64,000 bases of DNA from an uncultured Pirellulaceae bacterium (lineage in GTDB: Bacteria; Planctomycetota; Planctomycetia; Pirellulales; Pirellulaceae): the NCBI GenBank assembly GCA_964352885.1, contig CAYGUE010000006.1, positions 5,916-69,915 of the forward strand, read 5' to 3'. The stretch's first letter is position 1. Every line of letters starts with the position of its first letter. Shown in pieces: positions 9,885 through 18,939 of this stretch. Below the pieces are notes generated by a model. It was not told the DNA's origin. It made no database searches and worked only from the letters and a program-made list of their open reading frames with translations. Both the position numbers and the translations under genes were made by a program.

Positions 9885-11879
9885 CTATTTCTTGCTGCTG
9901 CTACTGATAGTAGAAAGTTGTTGTGTCAGGAAATCGCCAGTGGTTCTCAGTTCACTGATGATGGATTCCAGCGCAATGAATTCGGCGATCAAATAGTCGC
10001 GTTTGGCTGCCGTGATTTCTTCAACGTCGACGATTGAATCATCGATTGCCGAGAGACGCTGTTCGAAAGCGTCATCGATTCCTTTCAGCGTGCCGTTGTC
10101 TGTGTCGAGGAATTTGTCCAGCAGTTGATCCAGGCGTCCTGAAATTCCGCGAGTGATGGCGAGCTCGCCTTCGCTACCGGATATGACTTGTTCTGAAGTC
10201 AGCGAAACGCGTACTTGCAAGTCGGCAGAGAACTCGTTGTCAGATTTGCCAATCAAGACCCGCCCGTTGCCCGTCGCTTCTTCAACAACGCCATCAATGA
10301 TGAACTCACCGGCAACGTCCTGGCCAACATCCGTTTCAGTGCCGCTGAATCCAAGCGTATTCGCAGCTGGTCCCGAAATGCTCGACAGTTTTGAGCCGTT
10401 GCCGTACTTGTTTGAATTGATCTGCAAGGCCCCATCGTTGTCAACGGAAACTTCAACACTTCGATTGCCAAGCTCACTCGAATTGTTGATCACGGCTTGT
10501 AGTTGGACCGCGAGCTCTTCACTTGAATAGGTTCCTTCCTCGAGCGTAAGTGTTTCACTGACGACGCCATCAACCGTAATTTGAAACTCGTTGTTGTTCG
10601 AGTCGATTGTCGTTGAACCAGATAAAGCTGTTGACCCTGTGATTGAAGCTTGCTCGGCTGCCTGTGTGATGTTCACTTCGTAAGGAGAATCGAGTGCCCC
10701 TGTTCGACCACTACCTGCGATGAATTCGATTCCTACATTGTTGGAAGTGCCGTTTAGACCAAAGAGTTTTTGGATCTCATTTGGCTCAATGCCTTCGATG
10801 TTTCCAGCAAACGCTTTGTCGAGTTGTGCACTGTCGATTTGTAACCGACCTTGCGTGTTGATCTCAACTCCGATGGATGCCAAGCGGTTTGCTCCGCTAT
10901 CCAACCCTGGCACGGTGTCGATCACGAATTGACGCAACTGATCACGCATTTCATTGACCGAACGGTTGCCCAAAAGCGGGCTGGCCTGGTTCGTATCCGG
11001 AATGAACTGAGTTTGACTATCGATGAACTCCATGATGGAATTAAATTCATTCACAAAGTCGCTAATGGTTTCTTTGGCTGCAGTACTATCCGAAGACACT
11101 TGAATTGTGACTGCTTTGTCGGGGTCCGCTGAAACCAGATTTATCGAAACGTTCTCAATGAGGTCTTCAACTTGGTTCGATGAATAGCTGGCAGTGATCG
11201 CTCCTGCTCCGCTACCGAGTGTAATCAAGGCATCCGTTGCCTCTTGAATTGCGGGGCCAGAAAAATCCGGTTCGGTTCCTGATCCAACATCGAAGTTGTT
11301 TGTGACTTGAACTTGGTTGGCGGATCCCGTGTGCTTGGAAGTCAACAAGAGGCGATATGAGTCAGCGCCTTGATCGTAGATGACGCTTGCCGTGACATCA
11401 TCGACTTCTTCATTGATAGTGTTTGCCAGACCTGACAACGTGCTGTTGCTCGAGTCGATCGTAATCGACCGTTCGACTCCGTCACCAACTTTGAACGAGA
11501 TTTCACCGGTCGCGATTTCCGCTGTCGTTGAATCAAATCCTTGAGATCCAATCTGATGAGCTGTCGCCAATTGATTGACAGTCATGCTGTAGGTGCCGTT
11601 GGCTGCATTGCTACTGGCCGCTGCCGTCATGACTTCAATGTCACTCGATACTGCTTGCTGGACATCAAACACAGAGTTTGATGAGCGGTTGAGTCGGCCA
11701 AGCGTGTTTTGCATGGTCAACAGCTGGGCTTCAATACCCTTGAATGCTGACTGCTGTGTTGTAATCTCGGCTTTGCGAGAGTTGAATGTGTCCAGCTGGG
11801 TTTGTTGAAACCCGAGGAGACTTTCGATGATCGAAGTGGTGTCAAAACCAGAGACGATGCCGTCGATTGTAAAAGCCAT
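9885..11879 (-). CDS. fliD: Flagellar filament cap protein FliD (enlarged)
   Basis: IDGIVSGFDTTSIIESL N-terminus, GTYSMTVNQLATAH, RLLLTSKHTG, FVNEFN, C-terminal coiled coil. Confidence 0.92.
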   Translation of the reverse strand: MAFTIDGIVSGFDTTSIIESLLGFQQTQLDTFNSRKAEITTQQSAFKGIEAQLLTMQNTLGRLNRSSNSVFDVQQAVSSDIEVMTAAASSNAANGTYSMTVNQLATAHQIGSQGFDSTTAEIATGEISFKVGDGVERSITIDSSNSTLSGLANTINEEVDDVTASVIYDQGADSYRLLLTSKHTGSANQVQVTNNFDVGSGTEPDFSGPAIQEATDALITLGSGAGAITASYSSNQVEDLIENVSINLVSADPDKAVTIQVSSDSTAAKETISDFVNEFNSIMEFIDSQTQFIPDTNQASPLLGNRSVNEMRDQLRQFVIDTVPGLDSGANRLASIGVEINTQGRLQIDSAQLDKAFAGNIEGIEPNEIQKLFGLNGTSNNVGIEFIAGSGRTGALDSPYEVNITQAAEQASITGSTALSGSTTIDSNNNEFQITVDGVVSETLTLEEGTYSSEELAVQLQAVINNSSELGNRSVEVSVDNDGALQINSNKYGNGSKLSSISGPAANTLGFSGTETDVGQDVAGEFIIDGVVEEATGNGRVLIGKSDNEFSADLQVRVSLTSEQVISGSEGELAITRGISGRLDQLLDKFLDTDNGTLKGIDDAFEQRLSAIDDSIVDVEEITAAKRDYLIAEFIALESIISELRTTGDFLTQQLSTISSSSKK

Positions 11880-11914
11880 GTTCGCCTCGTGGCTAACTGT
11901 GGGGGAGGGGAGAG

Positions 11915-11949
11915 AAAAAAGGAAGAAGCGTATCGCTACGCTTCTTCCT
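11915..11949 (-). terminator. Intrinsic terminator between fliC and fliD
   Basis: On the minus strand AGGAAGAAGCGTA-GCGA-TACGCTTCTTCCT followed by a T-run. Confidence 0.8.
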
Positions 11950-12012
11950 GGTCAGATTTACGCTGCCGCGTTTTGAAAGGTTCCAGAACGTGACCTTGTA
12001 AAAATACTTAGC

Positions 12013-13434
12013 TTACTGGAGAAGAGAAAGAATTCCCTGTGAAGTCTGATTCGCGTTCGACAATACTGACGTACCCGCCTGAACTAGAATCTGACTGTTC
12101 GTGAATTTCGAAATCTCTTCAGCGAAGTCTGTGTCACGAATGACGGACTCAGCGTTGACTGTGTTCTCCAACGTTGTCCGCATGTTGTTGGCAATCGACT
12201 CCAGTGTGTTTGACTGGAACGCACCAAGTACGCCACGAACGTTTGAGATCTCATCGTGTGCCGCATCAATAATTGCCAACGTTTCTTGAGCGTTGTCAGC
12301 AGAAGTGACGTTGATGTCTTCCAAGCTACCGAAGCTATTGCCTTCGACGCCGACACCCAACCCGGATGCAAGAACCGAATTGATCGCGATTGAAGCAGTC
12401 TGATTTTGGTTCGCACCAATTTGGAAGACCAACGAGTTGTTAGTCACAGTGACGTTTCCCTGAGCACCGTCGGCACTCAAAGCCGCGTCAGCCCCGTCGG
12501 CAGCAAGTTTGACAACGAGGCCTTTCGAGGCACCTGAAGTACTTGTTAAAACTGCACCAGCTCCGGCTGCCGCAACGCCGTCAATCTCACCTGCGATGTT
12601 CAATCCGTCGTCAGTGGCAGCCGTTGTTCCGAATCCAGAGCTGTCTGCAGCGGCAGCAGTATTAGAAACCACTGAGATGTTGGCGTCGGCACCAAACTCT
12701 GTTGTGTAAAGACGAGTCTGGCCAGCATTGTTTGGATCATCTTCAGCGACGACACCTGTCTCGCCGGAGAACTCATTGATTCGAGCGATAACGCCCGCTT
12801 GGTCCAAACCGGAGTTCAGTGTGATGCTAACTCCATTGACCGTAAGTGTTTCGTCTGCGGCAAGGTTACCAGTCTGGGCAGTACCCGCGGTAACATTAGC
12901 ACGCTCTGCCTGAGTCGTAACTTCCACTGAATATGTTCCAGCAGATGTTTGAGCTGATGACTTCAAATACGTCGTGTCAGGATCATCTGAGACACCTGAA
13001 ACTCCGGCTGAACCATCGAGAAGATTCTTTTCGCCGAACTGTGTGTTGTTTGCGATACGGTTGATCGTATCAAGTGCGTTGTCGATTTCTGCTTGGTTGG
13101 CAGCGAAAGCATCATCGTCGTTGACGCCGGCGTTGGCACTGTCCAAAGCAAGTGAACGAATTTTGACAAGAATACTGCTAATCTCGTTCAGGGCACCTTC
13201 TGCTGTCTGGACGACAGAGACTGCTTTTTCAGTGTTGTCGATGGCTTGGCGAAGACCAGCGATTTGAGCTCGCTGCTTTTCAGAGATAACCAAGGCAGCC
13301 GGACCATCGGCACCACGGTTAATTTTGAAACCAGAAGACAAACGCTCGATCGACTTGTTCAAGCTATTTGAAGATCGGGTCAAGTTGTGTTGTGCGTTGA
13401 GGGCACTAACATTGTTGGCAATTGACAAACTCAT
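12013..13434 (-). CDS. fliC: Flagellin
   Basis: NNVSALNAQ..RLSSGFKINRGADGPA, QTAEGALNE, FQIGANQNQ, AESVIRDTDFAEE..QAGTSVLSNAN. Confidence 0.97.
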   Translation of the reverse strand: MSLSIANNVSALNAQHNLTRSSNSLNKSIERLSSGFKINRGADGPAALVISEKQRAQIAGLRQAIDNTEKAVSVVQTAEGALNEISSILVKIRSLALDSANAGVNDDDAFAANQAEIDNALDTINRIANNTQFGEKNLLDGSAGVSGVSDDPDTTYLKSSAQTSAGTYSVEVTTQAERANVTAGTAQTGNLAADETLTVNGVSITLNSGLDQAGVIARINEFSGETGVVAEDDPNNAGQTRLYTTEFGADANISVVSNTAAAADSSGFGTTAATDDGLNIAGEIDGVAAAGAGAVLTSTSGASKGLVVKLAADGADAALSADGAQGNVTVTNNSLVFQIGANQNQTASIAINSVLASGLGVGVEGNSFGSLEDINVTSADNAQETLAIIDAAHDEISNVRGVLGAFQSNTLESIANNMRTTLENTVNAESVIRDTDFAEEISKFTNSQILVQAGTSVLSNANQTSQGILSLLQ

Positions 13435-13471
13435 AATTTAGGCTTTCGTGAATCTCAAAAGAATCGTTTCG

Positions 13472-13501
13472 ACATCCTTGAAATGAGGCGGCGTCCTTGC
13501 C
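13472..13501 (-). promoter_or_regulatory. Two CsrA/RsmA-like binding sites in the flagellin leader
   Basis: Minus strand GGC-AAGGAC-GCC (GGA in hairpin loop) and CAAGGATGT, about 40-65 nt upstream of the fliC start. Confidence 0.55.
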
Positions 13502-13532
13502 TACATCAGGGTGTTAAAAAAACCCGCAAGGG

Positions 13533-13811
13533 CTACAGGTTCAGAATGGCGTCCGCTGTATCAACAGCAGACTTTTGAGTTAGGTACTCGCCAACCTGAA
13601 TTTTCAACTTGATTTCCTGCACGAGCGTCTCTCGCACTTCTGAACCGCCACCTAGTAGGGCAGTCAAAGCTTCAATTGAACTTGTATCAATCGAAGTTGA
13701 TGCCCCGCTAGGCCCGCTTGCCTTCTGGCTGGAAACATTGCCAATAGAGGTTTGCGAATGTTGAGACTGAAGATGTGGCCGCAATATATGGTTGCCGTCA
13801 TTAATTTTCAT
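13533..13811 (-). CDS. flgM: Anti-sigma-28 factor FlgM
   Basis: 92 aa; MKIN start, VRETLVQEIKLKIQVGEY...ADAIL C-terminal motif; GAAGGGA RBS. Confidence 0.8.
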   Translation of the reverse strand: MKINDGNHILRPHLQSQHSQTSIGNVSSQKASGPSGASTSIDTSSIEALTALLGGGSEVRETLVQEIKLKIQVGEYLTQKSAVDTADAILNL

Positions 13812-14022
13812 TTTGGTGTCCCTTCAAAAATCGGTTTGCAAAAATGTTGTCGATGGGACTGCCGACAACTTGCGACAAAAATCTAAAGAGCCCAATGTTT
13901 GATGGACGAAAAGGTTATACGGGGCAGGAAGATTTTTCCGATTGCATGACGTGATGCGATTCCAGCCTGCCTCACGATAGGGTTCTCTTTTATCATTTCG
14001 TCAAGCAATAGGCGGCGTTTTT

Positions 14023-16209
14023 GTGTTCCGCATGAAAGTTTGGTTGACTGCATCCTTAATCACAGCCGGAGTTGTCGGCGGAGTGGTTTTCAATTGGCCT
14101 GGCTCAGAACCGCTGATTAATAGGGAAAGCCCTATCGAAAACCAAGTCGATAGCAATCAGTTGCGACAGAAAGAGGGGTTACCCTTGTCAAGTCAACTGG
14201 CCGAATCCACAGAGAGTAGCAATCAGGAAGAATCACTCCTGGTTGACTTGGACATTGACCACATTCAGAAGGGTGATCAATATCTCGTGGTTGGTAACTT
14301 CGACGGCGCACATCGTGAATATGCGAAAGCCACCAATGAGTATCGCGTTGAGTCGCCTGCGACATTGCTGCTTCGATTGGCAATGGCATTGGAACAGATG
14401 GGTGACACGAAAAACGCCGTACTGTTCTACCAAAAAGCCGTTCGGCGATCTGTCGACGGATCAATGACCCGCCTGCTGGCTTTGACGGGTGTCGCCAGAG
14501 CATGGCAGAACGAGGGTCAGTTGGGGTTGGCGTACGAGTTACTGGCGGAGCTATTTCTTCGCTACTCTTCAAATGAGAATCTTCACGACGAAGTCCAACT
14601 CCAAGTCGCGTACCAACTTGGCAACGTGATTCAGCTGAAATTCCTTGCTGAATTGCCAATGCAGCGAAATGCCATGGACTCCCTCGAGTTCAATTGGGTT
14701 GGCCCCAGTATTGATGCAATGATCGAAATACTGATCGAGTATGGCGACACGATCATCCAGCCAACAATGCCCAATTCGCGCGTCGCTGAATTCGTTGTTC
14801 TGCAACGCCCATCAGCGGATGTCAATTTGATCGCAGTCGACTCAATCGCTTCGCTCACACCCATCGAAGAGATTCTGAGCCAATACTCTCGGCAGGCCAA
14901 TCTGAACTTCGAACTTTCGAGGGCCGCCAAAGATATCATCGAAGGTAGGTCATCACGCCTCGCGGTCTCTGGATTGCCACTGGCGTTAGTACTTGATCAA
15001 CTACTTTCGCCTTTGACTCTGGTTTGGATTCAAAGCGGTGAAACCATCTCTGTTTTCCAAGAGTCAGAGGCAGGTGTCGATGCACAAGCATACCGGTACC
15101 AATTAGCGGACCGAGCATTGCGAATCATCGAGCTCTCGTTTCCTCGGGAAATCAGGCGAGATTCATCGCTGCTACATCGAGGCAACTTAAGTCTGCTCAA
15201 TGGTGACCTTACCGCTGCGGCAACTCGCTACTTGGAACTGCAGAAACTTTTGCCCAACAATGAATTGGCGGCCAAGCTTAGCTTTAACGCTGCGATCGTT
15301 GACATCAACGCCAATCTTCCAGACGCTGCGATTAAGAAGTTATACTTCGCCGTTGATCAGTCGCTTGACCAATTGCTGCGAGCAAAGAGTTACGCATGGA
15401 TTGGTCGCCTGGAATTGAGACATGGACGTCCAGACCGCGCCGTCTACGCGTTATCACGTGGTCTTTCGCTTGCTCAGAATGCACATATTCGCCAGGACGT
15501 ACTGATGAATCTCGCGAAGGCCTACCTTTTGGAAAATGATCCGTTTTCTGCGAACCGGGTTCTGTTTGTCCACGCGGATTTTGTCATCGATCCAGCCGAA
15601 AAGAAGAAAGCCGCTGTATTCTCTGCTTACGCTCGATATCTGGGAACCATACCGAGCGAAGGCTTGAGGAACGAAGGCGAACGAATGGTAGTGGCCCTGG
15701 CTTCCATCAGAACAGAAGATGCGAACACTTTTACTGACCGACTGCTTATTGGTCGTGCCTTTTTCGAAGTCGGATTCACGGGCCGGTCAAACGAATTTCT
15801 TGAAATCGCTTTGGATGCTGTACCGCATGAACACTGGCGCCGACGCGTCGCATTTGAGCTCGCTACCAACCAGTATCGCTCGGGAGAGTTGGTCGCTGCG
15901 ACCACTCATTTCGAGACTTTGCTTCAGGGTCCGCCTGACGCGACCCGCCTTTTAGCACAACTTCGATTGGCTGATATTGCATTGTCACAAAAGAAACCAG
16001 AGCGGTGCCTAGAAATCTGTCAGCAGATTTGGCTGCTCGATATCACTGAAGAACAAAAAGTTGAGACGCTTTCTTTAATGGGTCGATCCTATCAGCGACT
16101 CGGGCGGCATCAGGTAGCTGCGATATGTTTTTCAGGCATGGTCCCGCATGAATTTAGAGACAGATCTGCCGGCACTCCAAATGCAAACACACAAGACATC
16201 GTGAACTGA
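14023..16209 (+). CDS. Membrane-anchored TPR protein with internal STN-like domain
   Basis: N-terminal TM segment; many TPR-like helix pairs; IEEILSQYSRQANLNF...SGLPLALVLDQLLSPLTLVW resembles a secretin/TonB N-terminal domain. Confidence 0.65.
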   Translation: MFRMKVWLTASLITAGVVGGVVFNWPGSEPLINRESPIENQVDSNQLRQKEGLPLSSQLAESTESSNQEESLLVDLDIDHIQKGDQYLVVGNFDGAHREYAKATNEYRVESPATLLLRLAMALEQMGDTKNAVLFYQKAVRRSVDGSMTRLLALTGVARAWQNEGQLGLAYELLAELFLRYSSNENLHDEVQLQVAYQLGNVIQLKFLAELPMQRNAMDSLEFNWVGPSIDAMIEILIEYGDTIIQPTMPNSRVAEFVVLQRPSADVNLIAVDSIASLTPIEEILSQYSRQANLNFELSRAAKDIIEGRSSRLAVSGLPLALVLDQLLSPLTLVWIQSGETISVFQESEAGVDAQAYRYQLADRALRIIELSFPREIRRDSSLLHRGNLSLLNGDLTAAATRYLELQKLLPNNELAAKLSFNAAIVDINANLPDAAIKKLYFAVDQSLDQLLRAKSYAWIGRLELRHGRPDRAVYALSRGLSLAQNAHIRQDVLMNLAKAYLLENDPFSANRVLFVHADFVIDPAEKKKAAVFSAYARYLGTIPSEGLRNEGERMVVALASIRTEDANTFTDRLLIGRAFFEVGFTGRSNEFLEIALDAVPHEHWRRRVAFELATNQYRSGELVAATTHFETLLQGPPDATRLLAQLRLADIALSQKKPERCLEICQQIWLLDITEEQKVETLSLMGRSYQRLGRHQVAAICFSGMVPHEFRDRSAGTPNANTQDIVN

Positions 16210-16218
16210 CTCTCACTC

Positions 16219-17181
16219 ATGAATCTTATCCAGACAACTTGTCTTTCGTTGTTCTTCATGGCTTTCGCCATGTCAGGATTAGCGGCTGCGCAACAAAATG
16301 GAAAAACGATTGCAAGAATTGTCTTCTATCAAGATGTACCCGCAGAACAAACTCAGGGCAATCGCCCACAGGATCTCAAGGGAGCGTTGGAGGCTCTGAG
16401 GCAGGAAACTCGACAGCTTCAGGCAACCTTGAAATCCTCCGCTGACAATTCTGCTCCCGCGAGTTCGGTCGGTCAATCCAAATGGCCAACAGAGCGTCTG
16501 TCAGCGCAGACGCCGCTATCGGACCTACGTCCCTCTCCTTCGTTATTGGATCCAGATCCGATCGATGGCATTGGAAACACGGAGGACATCGAGGAGCGGC
16601 TTCAGCTACTGGCACGAATCTTCGAACGCAACAGAATCGAAAGACAAGCGAAGCTTGCCGAAGCAGCAAATGTTGTTGCCAACGACCCTCCAGCTGCCAT
16701 GCAACCGACACCTGCGAGTCTGCGCAACGAAAGCATTAACCCAGGTGCACCAGCCATGGTCGCCCCAGTTCGAGGACCAGTCACGACCGAAGATTTACAA
16801 CCGATTCCCGCCTCCGCAGACGCTGTCTTTCCCAATCCAGTGAACTTGTTTGAGATGGGGAATAGCCTTTATCAAACCGGCGAGTTGAAAACGGCGTTGG
16901 AAGCCTACACCCAAGTCGATCGTAACACGATAACGGCCGCAGAGGCTTTCTGGCTGGACTTCATGATGGCCAGTTGCCATCGAAGACTTGGCAATTGGGA
17001 TGAAGCAAGAAAGCTATACCGGGCTGTGGCAAATCAGCGCGTGGCAGAAAAGCTGTCCAAGCCGGCTCAGAGTTGGTTGAAGCAACTTGAGTTAGTGTCG
17101 CAATCCAAAGCGTCGTTCACACAGATGGAAGCAGAAATTAGTTCACTTATTGAAACGGCCCAAGAACATGTCAAACAGTAA
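16219..17181 (+). CDS. Secreted TPR protein
   Basis: Signal peptide (AAA|Q), Pro-rich linker, C-terminal TPR pair (MGNSLYQTG..., MASCHRRLGNWDEARKLY). Confidence 0.7.
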   Translation: MNLIQTTCLSLFFMAFAMSGLAAAQQNGKTIARIVFYQDVPAEQTQGNRPQDLKGALEALRQETRQLQATLKSSADNSAPASSVGQSKWPTERLSAQTPLSDLRPSPSLLDPDPIDGIGNTEDIEERLQLLARIFERNRIERQAKLAEAANVVANDPPAAMQPTPASLRNESINPGAPAMVAPVRGPVTTEDLQPIPASADAVFPNPVNLFEMGNSLYQTGELKTALEAYTQVDRNTITAAEAFWLDFMMASCHRRLGNWDEARKLYRAVANQRVAEKLSKPAQSWLKQLELVSQSKASFTQMEAEISSLIETAQEHVKQ

Positions 17182-17566
17182 TCTTGAACAGTTCCACTTT
17201 TTGGCTCAGCAGCTGTTGAATCAATACAAAATCGTAGAACAAACCGTTGATCAGGTTTACTCTCAGCGAGAGGCCGCATCGACAACGGATACCCTTGAAT
17301 CGATTCAACAATTGTTGCTTCATGTGAAACAAACCGAATCCATGATTCAGCCAATTCGCGATTCGCTGAAGACAGACAACGAATCGATCCCGGCAGACAC
17401 ACAAAAAATCGTTGCTGACACCGTGCAAATTGTCACGACATTGATTCCACGAATTGGGGCTCTAGAAAAGGAAGCGGTTGACTCCAGAGAGAAACTTGCC
17501 CCCGTGATCCGTGAAGGCGTTCGAGCCGCAAAAATGAAATCCGCATATTCCAAGCAACAGTCGTAG
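17168..17566 (+). CDS. Small helical protein, possibly a FliT/FlgN-like chaperone
   Basis: ATG at 17168 overlaps the previous gene end; all-helical, ends KMKSAY like FliT-type chaperones. Confidence 0.45.
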   Translation: MSNSNLEQFHFLAQQLLNQYKIVEQTVDQVYSQREAASTTDTLESIQQLLLHVKQTESMIQPIRDSLKTDNESIPADTQKIVADTVQIVTTLIPRIGALEKEAVDSREKLAPVIREGVRAAKMKSAYSKQQS

Positions 17567-17618
17567 TGCCTTCCGAGTTTCAACGTTAATCAATTCTCTA
17601 CTCCATCGGTAACAGCAC

Positions 17619-18701
17619 GTGAACTTCTCTTCTAACAATTCCGGCGACCTTCCGTCACGGAAACAGGCTGAGCCAGACACGGAATCCCGAACGCCCATGC
17701 CAACCTTTTCACCGTCTGAGCCACCAACGCTGATCTCCCAATCTTCGAAGATCCGAGTGCTGACCAAGTTGTCGACGCGAGTCGCCAAAAGTTCTGCTTC
17801 CGTCTTGTTGACGGGAGAAAGCGGCACTGGAAAAGAACTATTTGCACAGCTGATCCATCACTCCAGCCGACGATCGAGAAAACCATTCGTTCGGGTCAAT
17901 TGCGCTGCGCTTCCTGAGACCCTCATCGAAAGCGAACTCTTCGGACACGAAAGAGGCTCGTTTACAGATGCTGTTCAATCGAGAATTGGCCGGTTTGAGT
18001 TGGCTCACGGCGGCACATTGCTTCTGGATGAAGTAACTGAAATCCCGCTGGCAACGCAAGCGAAATTGTTGCGAGTTCTTGAGGAATATGAGTTCGAGAG
18101 AGTCGGAAGCAATGAGTCAATCCAGTCTGATGTGAGGGTTATTGCGACGTCGAACAGAGATTTGCTACATGAAGTCGACAATGGCAACTTTCGTTTGGAC
18201 CTTTACCACCGCTTGAACGTTGTGCAAATCGAAATTCCGTCTCTTCGTGAGCGGCTGATTGATGTTCCACTGCTCGCGATGCATTTTGTAAATCGATTCC
18301 AAGCCGAAAATGAAATTCGAATTCAAGGATTCACCGCGGCGGCAATGCAATTTCTTTCGCAGCATGATTGGCCGGGGAACGTTCGAGAGTTGCGAAACCT
18401 AGTCCATCGCGCTTGTATCTTGACGACACGGCCGCTGATCGACATAGATTGTCTGGACGCTCTAAAACGGCATTCGACGCCCATTAAGCCTGCCTCAATG
18501 CCTGAACAATGGCTTCAAACCAAACTCGCCGATATCGAAAAACAAATTATCGTGGCCGCGTTGCAAAAGTATGGCAATAAAAGAGTTGTGGCAGAAAAGC
18601 TGGGGGTCTCCACGAGAACGCTAACGAACAAGCTTCGAATCTATCGCGAAGAATCCGACGGTGACAAGGGCGATAAAGTATCGCGTCCCAAGGCCGCCTA
18701 G
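17619..18701 (+). CDS. Sigma-54-dependent activator (AAA+/Fis-HTH) lacking an N-terminal input domain
   Basis: [48 protein letters not shown]-terminal HTH; only about 38 low-complexity residues precede the AAA+ domain. Confidence 0.92.
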   Translation: MNFSSNNSGDLPSRKQAEPDTESRTPMPTFSPSEPPTLISQSSKIRVLTKLSTRVAKSSASVLLTGESGTGKELFAQLIHHSSRRSRKPFVRVNCAALPETLIESELFGHERGSFTDAVQSRIGRFELAHGGTLLLDEVTEIPLATQAKLLRVLEEYEFERVGSNESIQSDVRVIATSNRDLLHEVDNGNFRLDLYHRLNVVQIEIPSLRERLIDVPLLAMHFVNRFQAENEIRIQGFTAAAMQFLSQHDWPGNVRELRNLVHRACILTTRPLIDIDCLDALKRHSTPIKPASMPEQWLQTKLADIEKQIIVAALQKYGNKRVVAEKLGVSTRTLTNKLRIYREESDGDKGDKVSRPKAA

Positions 18702-18750
18702 CCAAACGGGAATTTTGCTGTGGGGCTAGGGTTCGCCCTGCCAGTCTCGG

Positions 18751-18785
18751 GGAAAAAAATTCTTACTGCACGCAATCGTTTCCCG
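18751..18785. promoter_or_regulatory. Candidate enhancer (UAS) for the fliK sigma-54 promoter
   Basis: GGAAA-N16-GCAAT-N2-TTTCCCG, same spacing as 45065-45099; about 105-140 bp upstream of the -24 element. Confidence 0.5.
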
Positions 18786-18889
18786 CCAGTTTTGATCGAG
18801 CAAGTAAGACTCTATTAGTTACGGTGGTTAGTTGATTGAGCAGGCCATAAAGTCATTCGATCTTTACAAATATTAAACCACAATAGGAT

Positions 18890-18905
18890 TGGCACTGCTT
18901 TTGCT
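18890..18905 (+). promoter_or_regulatory. Sigma-54 -24/-12 promoter of fliK-flgD-flgE
   Basis: TGGCAC-TGCTT-TTGCT matches TGGCAC-N5-TTGCW. Confidence 0.85.
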
Positions 18906-18939
18906 TACATTTGATTCCGTCTCTTTCACAAGGAATCAA

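Noticed and set aside
13846-13873. Sigma-28 promoter for flgM (GCAAGTTG-N11-ATCGACAA)
   Set aside because: Too many mismatches to call, and it coincides with an inverted repeat that could explain the pattern
18889-18939. ORF-track N-terminal extension of fliK (likewise flgB, flgF, flgG, fliN, fliH)
   Set aside because: The extensions overlap promoters or neighbouring genes, or precede the conserved N-terminus; downstream starts fit better
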